Source of the DNA: Clostridia bacterium | GTDB lineage: Bacteria; Bacillota; Clostridia; TANB77; CAG-508 | NCBI GenBank assembly: GCA_900754285.1 | Contig: CAAECB010000046.1 | Span: 1-63,652, forward strand | Length of the DNA: 63,652 bases | Direction of reading: 5' to 3' | Shown here: positions 37,164 to 45,256 of the stretch, in pieces | Position numbering within the stretch: the stretch's first letter is position 1 | How the letters are laid out: each line of letters starts with the position of its first letter | Notes under the pieces: model-generated | Database searches by the model: none | Told to the model about the DNA's origin: nothing | The model's input: only the letters and a program-made list of their open reading frames with translations | Translations under genes and position numbers: made by a program

Positions 37164-38111
37164 TTATACTTTTAATTTTTTAATTTGTTTGATTTCATCA
37201 TACAAATGAGCAATTTGAGATTTTTTATTATCATAAGCAGATTTATATTCAGAAAGAACAGACTCAAAATTCTCAACAGTCTCTTGAGGAGCCAAATAAG
37301 CCTTAACACCCTCTAAATAATATTGTTTTTTCTTATCTGTCTTAGAATTCAACATTTTATCATAATATTTTTTAGCAGTATTCAATCTTTTCAAAGTAGT
37401 CTCCAAATTATTTAAATAATCTAAAGAACAACCAATCTCATACTCAATATCCTCAATAACAACAGCCATTAAAGCTTTAACAATAATAGGATTATCCCTT
37501 CCAAGTTTAGCATTTTCACTAACGTGTTTAACAGCAACAGAAGCATCAATTTGTTGAAAAGGTTTAGTATTATCAATTAAAATTTTAATAGTATCAGTAA
37601 TACCAATATGACTCTTATATTGCCTTTTACTAACAATAGCATCATATTCATCAGCAACCCTAATAATTTGCCCCTCATAAGGGATATCCTTTTTAGTCAA
37701 GCCCTTAGGATAACCAGTACCATTTAAAGCCTCATGATGATAAATAGGACCAGCAGCATAAGGACGTAATTTTAAATCATTCATACAAATCTTATAACCA
37801 ATAGTAGTATGAGTTTTCATTATTTCAAATTCCTCATCAGTGAGTTTGGAAGGCTTTTGTAAAATAGCTTGAGGAATAAATTGTTTACCAATATCATGCA
37901 AATAAGCACAAATAGTACAATATTCAGTAAACCCCTTGGTACAATGTAATCTCTCACATAAACGGCAAGTCAAATTAGCAACATGTTCGCAATGTTTTCT
38001 AGTAAAAACATCCAAACTACCTAAGATATTTAATTGATATTGCATTGTTTTATCTAAATTATATGATTTCAATGCTGTAGGGGAATAAAAATCAAAAACT
38101 TCTTCTTTCAT
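37164..38111 (-). CDS. HD-GYP domain phosphodiesterase
   Basis: HDIGKQFIP and HHEALNGTGYPKGL (the HD and GYP motifs). C-terminal helical extension. Confidence 0.8.
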   Translation of the reverse strand: MKEEVFDFYSPTALKSYNLDKTMQYQLNILGSLDVFTRKHCEHVANLTCRLCERLHCTKGFTEYCTICAYLHDIGKQFIPQAILQKPSKLTDEEFEIMKTHTTIGYKICMNDLKLRPYAAGPIYHHEALNGTGYPKGLTKKDIPYEGQIIRVADEYDAIVSKRQYKSHIGITDTIKILIDNTKPFQQIDASVAVKHVSENAKLGRDNPIIVKALMAVVIEDIEYEIGCSLDYLNNLETTLKRLNTAKKYYDKMLNSKTDKKKQYYLEGVKAYLAPQETVENFESVLSEYKSAYDNKKSQIAHLYDEIKQIKKLKV

Positions 38112-38340
38112 ATAAAAATTCAGTCCTTTCGTTTTTATAAAAAGTAACTTAGTAAAGAAAGCTTGTAAATTCTTTCAAACTAAAAACTTTTTAATTAATA
38201 TAAAATACATCTTTCAAAACTATAATAACATTAAAATAATAAAAGTGCAACAAAATTTATTGTAAAATACAGTAAAATATGGTAAAATAACTAAAGTTTA
38301 CATCAAAATAAAAAACTTAGAAATGAAAAGAGGGATTTAA

Positions 38341-40092
38341 ATGTATAGAACAAAAACATGTGGAGAGCTAAACATAAACAATGTAGGAGAAACTGTAGAA
38401 TTAGCAGGATGGATACAAAAAATGAGAAATCTAGGAGGAATGGAATTCTTAGATTTAAGAGACGAATTTGGAATAACACAAATAGTCATAAATAACGAAA
38501 AAATGCAAGAAGAAGCAAAAGAATACACAACAGAAAGTTGTATACATGTAGAAGGAAAAGTAGTAGAAAGAAGCAATAAAAACAAAAACTTAAAAACTGG
38601 AGAAATAGAAGTAATAGCAGAAAAAATAGAAATATTAGGAAAATGCAAAAATGTATTACCATTTGAAGTAAACACAAACCAAGAAGTAAGAGAAGACTTA
38701 AGATTAGAGTATAGATTTTTAGACTTAAGAAACGAAAAATTACATAATAATATATTATTGCGTTCAAAAATATTAAAAACATTAAGAGACAAAATGGACG
38801 AGCTAGACTTTACAGAAATACAAACACCGATACTAGCAAACTCATCACCAGAAGGAGCAAGAGACTATTTAGTACCAAGCAGATTAAATCCAGGAGAATT
38901 TTATGCATTACCACAAGCACCACAACAATTCAAACAATTATTAATGGTAAGTGGATTTAACAAATATTATCAAATAGCACCATGCTTTAGAGATGAGGAT
39001 CCAAGAGCAGATAGAGCACCAGGGGAATTTTATCAATTAGACTTCGAAATGAGTTTTGCAACACAAGAAGATGTATTTAAAGTAATAGAAGAAGTAGTAC
39101 CACATACATTTAAAAAATTCACAAATTGGAAAGTAGATGAAGGCCCATTTGTACGAATACCATATAGAGAAGCAATGGAAAAATACGGAATAGACAAACC
39201 AGATTTAAGAAACCCATTAATAATCCAAGATGGAACAAAACTATTTAAAAATTCAAACTTTAACGCATTTAAAGAAAAAACAATAAAAATAATAGTAGTA
39301 CCAGAAGGAGCAAAACAAGGAAGAAAATTCTTTGACAAGATGGAAGAATATGCAAAATCAAATGAAGTAGGAGCAAAAGGACTAGCATGGACAAAAATAG
39401 AAGAAAGTGGAGAAGTTATAGGAGGAATAGCAAAATTCATAACAGAAGATATAAAAAATGAATTAGAAAAAGAATATAATGCAGAAAAAGGTTCAGCAAT
39501 ATTCTTCATAGCAGACGAATTTACAAAAGCACAAAAAATAGCAGGGCTAGTAAGAATTGAACTAGGAAAAAGATTAGAACTAATAGAACAAAACGTATAT
39601 AAATTCTGTTTTATAGTAGATTTTCCAATGTATGAACTATCAGATGAAGGAACAATAGACTTCTGTCATAACCCATTCTCTATGCCACAAGGAGGATTAG
39701 AAGCATTGCAAACACAAGATCCATTAGACATATTAGCATATCAATATGATTTAGTATGTAATGGATATGAAATGGCATCAGGAGCAGTAAGAAATCATGA
39801 CCCAGAAATAATGGTAAAAGCATTTGAAATAGCAGGATACACAGAAGAAGATGTAAAAAATAGATTTGGAGCATTATACAATGCGTTCCAATATGGAACA
39901 CCACCACATGCAGGAGCAGCACCAGGAGTAGACAGAATGGTAATGTTAATTGCAGATTCACAAAATATAAGAGAAATAATAGCATTTCCAAAAAACAAAA
40001 AAGCAAGAGATTTATTAATGAGAGCACCATCAGTAGTTAGTGAACAACAATTAAAAGATGTACACATAGAGCTTAGAAAAGAAGAAAAATGA
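38341..40092 (+). CDS. aspS: Aspartate--tRNA ligase
   Basis: 583 aa of bacterial type, with an N-terminal OB fold, class II motifs (FRDEDPRADR, GGIAKF insertion domain) and the motif 3 region GTPPHAGAAPGVDR. Confidence 0.95.
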   Translation: MYRTKTCGELNINNVGETVELAGWIQKMRNLGGMEFLDLRDEFGITQIVINNEKMQEEAKEYTTESCIHVEGKVVERSNKNKNLKTGEIEVIAEKIEILGKCKNVLPFEVNTNQEVREDLRLEYRFLDLRNEKLHNNILLRSKILKTLRDKMDELDFTEIQTPILANSSPEGARDYLVPSRLNPGEFYALPQAPQQFKQLLMVSGFNKYYQIAPCFRDEDPRADRAPGEFYQLDFEMSFATQEDVFKVIEEVVPHTFKKFTNWKVDEGPFVRIPYREAMEKYGIDKPDLRNPLIIQDGTKLFKNSNFNAFKEKTIKIIVVPEGAKQGRKFFDKMEEYAKSNEVGAKGLAWTKIEESGEVIGGIAKFITEDIKNELEKEYNAEKGSAIFFIADEFTKAQKIAGLVRIELGKRLELIEQNVYKFCFIVDFPMYELSDEGTIDFCHNPFSMPQGGLEALQTQDPLDILAYQYDLVCNGYEMASGAVRNHDPEIMVKAFEIAGYTEEDVKNRFGALYNAFQYGTPPHAGAAPGVDRMVMLIADSQNIREIIAFPKNKKARDLLMRAPSVVSEQQLKDVHIELRKEEK

Positions 40093-40177
40093 ATAAAAAA
40101 TTGACATAAAAACATTACAATGATATAATAACAAAGTAAAAATTTAATAAATCATTTAATGTTTGGAGGAAAACAGA

Positions 40178-41422
40178 ATGGAAAAACAGACAACAAAAAA
40201 ACGGAATGAAAATGTAGAAATTACAGATTTAGGGTTAGACACACTCGTAGAAGTGCCAGTAGAAGCTAAAGATGTTGTTCAGTTAAATATTGAAAAAGCA
40301 TTAGCATCATATCCAGAAAATGAAAGGCAGGAAATTATAGAACTTTCAGAACAGATTGATGTCAAAAAAACAGAAAACATCATGAATTATGGCTCAAATG
40401 TATTAATGACTACGTTTGAACAATGTGGGAACTTTCTGAAAAGTGAAAGCGGAACTACAGCAGACCAGGAAGTAATCAAAAAAGTAATAGAACTTTCGGA
40501 AAAAGCAGGAGAAAGTTATGATGACTTTAATCTGGTAATTAAAGAACCATCATTTCTTCAGAAAATTATTCTTAAAATGAGCCCAGGAGCTAGAAAAGGC
40601 AGGACTGAAAAAATCAAGGAAAGTGCAGTAACAAATTATAAGTTACTAGTAGAATTAAAAAAATCTTGTGAATCTTGGATTGAAATGCTTATAGAAGCAA
40701 TGGGCAATATAGGATATGCAGGAATAAGTGATGTTGAGCAGATTACACTGTTAGAAAAATATATTTTAGCAGGAAATCTTGCAGAAAAGAGAATCAAAGA
40801 AGAGATGACAGAACTCCAGGAAAAATACCAGGAAACAGGACTGCAGAAATATGAGCAGGAGTATCAGGAAGTAAAAGAGGGATATGACATTTTTCAAATA
40901 ACAATGGCAAATCTCGAAAAATCAAGAGTAATGTACAAATTAAGTATAGGTCAGCTTGCTTTAATCAGACAAAGCAATAGGAATGTCCAGATATCAATAC
41001 GTACACAGGCCACAAACAGCATGGCATTACTTAGTCAGCAGTTAAGAAATGCAGTACTTAATGCAAAAAACAAAGAAGTGCTAGAAGCACAGAAATCAGT
41101 AACTCACTTAAATAATGAGTTAATAAAAGAAGTTTCAGAAGCCGTAGGAATGACAGCAGAAGATACTGAGAAGGGACTCTATAGCACTTTTTACAACACA
41201 CAGGCAGCTAAACAGGCAATAGAATCAGTTGTAAGCAGTTGTGCAGCAATTGAAAAAGTTGCATCAGACATGCTTCCAAAAATGAAAGCAGATGTCACTG
41301 AAGTCACTAATATGATGGAAGAATTAAAACCTGCTATAATGCGAGTGGAAGCAAAAGGAACAGCATTAAATGAAAAGCCAACACCAAATAGTGAAGGCAC
41401 AAACAAAGAACTTAAGTTCTAA
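40178..41422 (+). CDS. telA: TelA/KlaA-family 'toxic anion resistance' protein
   Basis: About 415 aa, all helical, with the N-terminal pattern IELSEQIDVKKTENIMNYGSNV typical of TelA (PF05816). ATG 40178 lies 7 nt after GGAGGA. Its codon usage differs from the neighbours (many CAG codons). Confidence 0.7.
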   Translation: MEKQTTKKRNENVEITDLGLDTLVEVPVEAKDVVQLNIEKALASYPENERQEIIELSEQIDVKKTENIMNYGSNVLMTTFEQCGNFLKSESGTTADQEVIKKVIELSEKAGESYDDFNLVIKEPSFLQKIILKMSPGARKGRTEKIKESAVTNYKLLVELKKSCESWIEMLIEAMGNIGYAGISDVEQITLLEKYILAGNLAEKRIKEEMTELQEKYQETGLQKYEQEYQEVKEGYDIFQITMANLEKSRVMYKLSIGQLALIRQSNRNVQISIRTQATNSMALLSQQLRNAVLNAKNKEVLEAQKSVTHLNNELIKEVSEAVGMTAEDTEKGLYSTFYNTQAAKQAIESVVSSCAAIEKVASDMLPKMKADVTEVTNMMEELKPAIMRVEAKGTALNEKPTPNSEGTNKELKF

Positions 41423-41433
41423 TAACTAATCAC

Positions 41434-41466
41434 AAAAAATCAATCTCGAAAGGGATTGATTTTTTG
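41434..41466 (+). terminator. Rho-independent terminator of telA
   Basis: AAAAAATCAATC-tcgaaagg-GATTGATTTTTT. Confidence 0.8.
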
Positions 41467-41486
41467 TATAAAATAAGCTTAAAGGA

Positions 41487-41515
41487 TTGAATTTTACATA
41501 AAAATGTGATATTAT
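41487..41515 (+). promoter_or_regulatory. Sigma-A-type promoter of the PP2C-vWA-kinase operon
   Basis: TTGAAT-17 nt-TATTAT with a TG extension (TGATATTAT), about 48 nt upstream of ATG 41563. Confidence 0.6.
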
Positions 41516-41562
41516 GTACACACATAAAAATACAAGCAATAATAAAGAAAGGAGACTGTATT

Positions 41563-42240
41563 ATGATTATAAACAGTCAAGGTTTTGGACATTTTGTTGA
41601 TGGAATCAACAATCAAGATTTTGGAGTAGAAAGCACACGGGCAATAATAATTTTAGATGGATGCAGTGGAGCAAAATATTCTGAAGTCGGAACTAAATTG
41701 TTCGCACAAGTACTTCAAAGAAAGGAGGAATGGGATAACGCCGAAAAGTTCGAAGAAAAAGTCAAAGAAACATTTGAAGAATTAATTCAAATGTTTAAAA
41801 AATATTATCCAACAGAAGAAGAGTTAGAAAACTTTATAGTGGATAATATGTCATTCTCAATCATAGCATTATTCAAAACAGAAGAAAAATTTATCTTAAA
41901 AGTATTTGGAGATGGATATGCAATAACTGAAAACAATGTTGGATTAATAAGCTATATAAGATTTTATTATGGCAAATATCCACCATACTATGTGTACAAA
42001 TATTGCAAATTCAAACCAGAATTCAAAGAAAAAGGCTTCAAAACAATTGAATTTGAAAAAAGCAAATTCCAACAAGTAGTAATAGCAACAGATGGAATAA
42101 TGCCAATTGCAAAAGGAATGTTAAAAATGCAAGATAAGAATATTGTAAACTTAACAGACAGAGTGAAAATGGAAATAAAAAAATCCAGACAGACTTTTTA
42201 CGATGATGTTACAATTGGAGCTTTTCCAAAAGGCAACTAA
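41563..42240 (+). CDS. PP2C-like (PP2C_2 family) protein phosphatase
   Basis: GINNQDFG, IILDGCSGAKYSEVGTK and VIATDG resemble the metal-binding motifs of bacterial PP2C_2 proteins. AAAGGAGA RBS before ATG 41563. Confidence 0.6.
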   Translation: MIINSQGFGHFVDGINNQDFGVESTRAIIILDGCSGAKYSEVGTKLFAQVLQRKEEWDNAEKFEEKVKETFEELIQMFKKYYPTEEELENFIVDNMSFSIIALFKTEEKFILKVFGDGYAITENNVGLISYIRFYYGKYPPYYVYKYCKFKPEFKEKGFKTIEFEKSKFQQVVIATDGIMPIAKGMLKMQDKNIVNLTDRVKMEIKKSRQTFYDDVTIGAFPKGN

Positions 42241-42265
42241 AAGAAAATAACAGGAGGAAAAAAAT

Positions 42266-42922
42266 TTGAAAAGCAAATTAAAAAACAAAATAACAGACGT
42301 TTTCAAAAAAGACAGGGATACAAAGCAAATAGCAACAATCCAAGAAATATCAGGTGTTTCACAAAGCAAACCAGATATAACAAAAATAAATAAACCAATG
42401 TTAGTATATAGACCAACAGTCAACATCAAACTAATAATTCTTCTTATAGAAAATACGCAGGAATTGATTGAACAAAAAGAAAGAATACAAAAAATTGTAA
42501 CAGATTTTTTGTCAGAAGGAACAGTAATAATTTTAAATTATGGAAAAGCAATCAATATCAGTGAATTAAAACAAGAAGAAGATTTAGAAAACAATAAAAT
42601 ATTTACTGAAGAAGTAAATAAAGAAACAACATTGTTTTATGACACTTTAGTAGAAGTAGAAAAAATTGTCAGAGAAAAATATTTATATGTTGAAGAAACA
42701 GAAAAGTTAAAAATCAAAATTAACGAAATAAAAATAATTGGATTCGGAACATGTAAAGACACAGGCTCTGAAACAACAAAAAGAGAAGCAATAAAAAAAT
42801 TCTATGAAGCAGTAAAATATGCAAAAATAGCAACAGAATATTATTGCATCACAGAAGACTTTTTTGTTGAAGTGGCAGAGATTGGATTTCACTCAATAAA
42901 ATCTATTTCTATGGAGTTTTAA
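42266..42922 (+). CDS. vWA-like protein with divergent MIDAS (TerY-like paralogue)
   Basis: Colinear with the vWA protein at 44487 (KLIILLIENTQE versus IFLILIDCSKSM; TTLFYDTL versus GGTWLNYAI; IKIIGFGTCKD versus FIVLSDGDPCGD). DxSxS is replaced by ExTxE. TTG start 7 nt after GGAGGA. Confidence 0.5.
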   Translation: MKSKLKNKITDVFKKDRDTKQIATIQEISGVSQSKPDITKINKPMLVYRPTVNIKLIILLIENTQELIEQKERIQKIVTDFLSEGTVIILNYGKAINISELKQEEDLENNKIFTEEVNKETTLFYDTLVEVEKIVREKYLYVEETEKLKIKINEIKIIGFGTCKDTGSETTKREAIKKFYEAVKYAKIATEYYCITEDFFVEVAEIGFHSIKSISMEF

Positions 42923-42943
42923 AAACAAAAGGAAGGACAAAAA

Positions 42944-44473
42944 ATGAAAGAATCCTTAAAAAAGTTTTTTAGAATTTTTATAAAGTTAAGAGGAATGTTT
43001 TGCTTAGAAGAGTTCGAATTAGGCGAACCAAAAGAGGAAAACAATGAAAAAGATATTAAAATAACAGAAATAACTGAAAAAAGTGACATTCATGATGAAA
43101 TAGATGTCATAAAAGAATTAAAAAACTTAGAGGAGGAAAAAAAGAAAAAAATAGACTTTGAAAAAAAGTCAATAGTAAAAAGGCTGTATGTTCTGGAACA
43201 GCAGATATCAGTATTTGAAAAAGCATTCCCAAAAGAAAGCAAAAAATTTCTGGATAAAATAGAAAAGTTAAGAAAAGAATATAATGTATCATTAGAAAAA
43301 AGCAAAAAAGACTTAACTTTTGAAATAGATCCAGAAGCAGATGGTTTTAAGTTAGGAGAGGTAATAAAAATTGAAAAAGAAGTAGAACGTTTTGTCAACA
43401 AAGAAGTAAAGTTCAACAGTATATCTAATAGAATACAAAAACTAATAGTAAAGTTAAATATTTTGTATAATGTTACATTAGTGCAAAATAAGACACATGA
43501 AAAAGAAAAAGCAGCTTTACAATTAGTAAATGCAAAAAATAAACTAAAAGAAATTACTGAAGGACTAGAAGGATATGAATTAATTCTTAATGATAAACGT
43601 CTTAAAGACCGGTTAATTGATTTAGTAGCTTATGCAGAATATCTTATTACAAAAACAAGCATAAGAAATACAGAACAATTACCAAGAACTATAATACAAG
43701 ATTTGCTTAAATTAAATACATTTAGCAATTTTGATTATGTAGATGAATTTTTCATTTTTATTACACAAGAAATTACTAACTTGCATAATTATGCAGTAAA
43801 ACTTGATAAAGAAACAGAAAGCATCATAGAAAGAGAAGAAGAAAAAATACTAGAAATCATATTATGTTATGATAAAGAAAAAAATTTATTTAACATGAAT
43901 TTCTGGAATGATTTCTTAGAATACGAAACAGATGTAATAATAATGTCAGAAAAAATAAAAGGGCAGAGAGAAAAAGTAAAATTGTTAGAAACAATGGCAA
44001 TAAGCATAAAAGAAGAATACGTGTTAGAAAATCCATTGGAAAAAACAAGATTTACATTAACCAAAATTTTAAATCAAACACAGGATGACACAATATTACT
44101 GATGTTAAAATTCTTAGAAAAAGTTCCAAAAGAAGAAATCACATTTAAAGAAATTTATTTCTTATTATTAACATTTGATGTTTTACACTTTATCGACAAA
44201 TTACCAAATGAATTAAATAAAGAAATAAAAAAATATAAGGAAAAATATCCATATACAAGAGAGGAGATAGCATCAAAAAGAGAAGCAGTCTACAATTCTA
44301 CAGAAAGTAAAGAATATATTGTAGCAATTACATTAAAAGACAATGAAAAAGTAATAAAACCAAATTTAATTAAAGCATTAAAACAATTAAATTTGGATTT
44401 TGTAGAACAGGAAAATGAAATACTATTGAATAACTATTATTTTAAACAGTTAAACAGCTTAAAAAACATGTAG
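42944..44473 (+). CDS. Hypothetical 509-aa helical/coiled-coil protein
   Basis: K/E-rich heptad-like N-terminal third and a helical remainder, with no catalytic motif recognised. It is tightly packed in the operon (gaps of 21 and 13 nt). Confidence 0.6.
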   Translation: MKESLKKFFRIFIKLRGMFCLEEFELGEPKEENNEKDIKITEITEKSDIHDEIDVIKELKNLEEEKKKKIDFEKKSIVKRLYVLEQQISVFEKAFPKESKKFLDKIEKLRKEYNVSLEKSKKDLTFEIDPEADGFKLGEVIKIEKEVERFVNKEVKFNSISNRIQKLIVKLNILYNVTLVQNKTHEKEKAALQLVNAKNKLKEITEGLEGYELILNDKRLKDRLIDLVAYAEYLITKTSIRNTEQLPRTIIQDLLKLNTFSNFDYVDEFFIFITQEITNLHNYAVKLDKETESIIEREEEKILEIILCYDKEKNLFNMNFWNDFLEYETDVIIMSEKIKGQREKVKLLETMAISIKEEYVLENPLEKTRFTLTKILNQTQDDTILLMLKFLEKVPKEEITFKEIYFLLLTFDVLHFIDKLPNELNKEIKKYKEKYPYTREEIASKREAVYNSTESKEYIVAITLKDNEKVIKPNLIKALKQLNLDFVEQENEILLNNYYFKQLNSLKNM

Positions 44474-44486
44474 CAGGAGGAAAAAT

Positions 44487-45182
44487 ATGATAAATTTTAC
44501 TAGATTCACATCAGACAATATAAACATTTTTCTGATTTTAATTGATTGCTCAAAATCAATGGAAGAAAGACATGAAGAAGTCATAAAAGGATTAGAAAGC
44601 TTTAAAAAAAGTTTTAAGAATTTTCCAGAAGTAGATTCAATAAGGGTTTCATTAAGTTACTTTAATGACGAAGTAAAGCTTGGTGAATACAAACCTATAA
44701 AAAATATGAAAATAGATCACTATTATGAAGGAGGAACATGGCTCAACTATGCAATACTGGAAGCAGCAGAAAATTTAAGACAATACATAGATGAGGTATA
44801 TGAAGAAACAAAAATCATTCCAAGAGCAACATTTATAGTATTATCTGATGGAGACCCTTGTGGAGATCCAGTAAGTGAAAATAAAGGAAGAGAGACAATA
44901 AGAAATTTGAATTTACAAGGCATAACAACAGCATTTGTAGCTTGTGGAAACATGGGAAAAGAATACGGAAAACAAATGGAATTCATGTCAACTATAAAAG
45001 TAAAGGATATTGAACACTTCTTTGGAAAAGAATTATCTGAATCTTGTAAAGAACAGTCAAGAAGTTTAAGTCCTTTAGGTTCAAGTTTTTTTAGTCAGGT
45101 AAAAAGTTCTGGAGAAAGTTCATCAAATTATTCACAGACCACAGCACAGGCATTAGAAGATGAAGATTGGTTCAATCAATAG
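44487..45182 (+). CDS. von Willebrand factor A (vWA, TerY-like) protein with intact MIDAS
   Basis: DCSKS (nt 44544-44558), GGT and SDGD make up the MIDAS. The Ser-rich acidic C-terminal tail ends EDEDWFNQ. AGGAGG RBS. Confidence 0.75.
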   Translation: MINFTRFTSDNINIFLILIDCSKSMEERHEEVIKGLESFKKSFKNFPEVDSIRVSLSYFNDEVKLGEYKPIKNMKIDHYYEGGTWLNYAILEAAENLRQYIDEVYEETKIIPRATFIVLSDGDPCGDPVSENKGRETIRNLNLQGITTAFVACGNMGKEYGKQMEFMSTIKVKDIEHFFGKELSESCKEQSRSLSPLGSSFFSQVKSSGESSSNYSQTTAQALEDEDWFNQ

Positions 45183-45208
45183 TGACATTAAAAATATTAA
45201 GAACAATT

Positions 45209-45239
45209 AGGTTGGAAAAATATTATATTTTTCCAACCT
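45209..45239 (+). promoter_or_regulatory. Perfect 14-bp stem-loop between the vWA and kinase genes
   Basis: AGGTTGGAAAAATA-tta-TATTTTTCCAACCT with no following T-run, 18 nt upstream of the kinase ATG. Confidence 0.5.
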
Positions 45240-45256
45240 AAAGTAGAGGTAAAAAT

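Noticed and set aside
38112-38340. T-box leader upstream of aspS (and similarly upstream of leuS, 62078-62164).
   Set aside because: No specifier-loop/T-box consensus (AGAGA, GNUGGNA-type 14-mer) or terminator/antiterminator pair is visible. The regions are AT-rich spacer, and at leuS the region is taken up by REP-like repeats.
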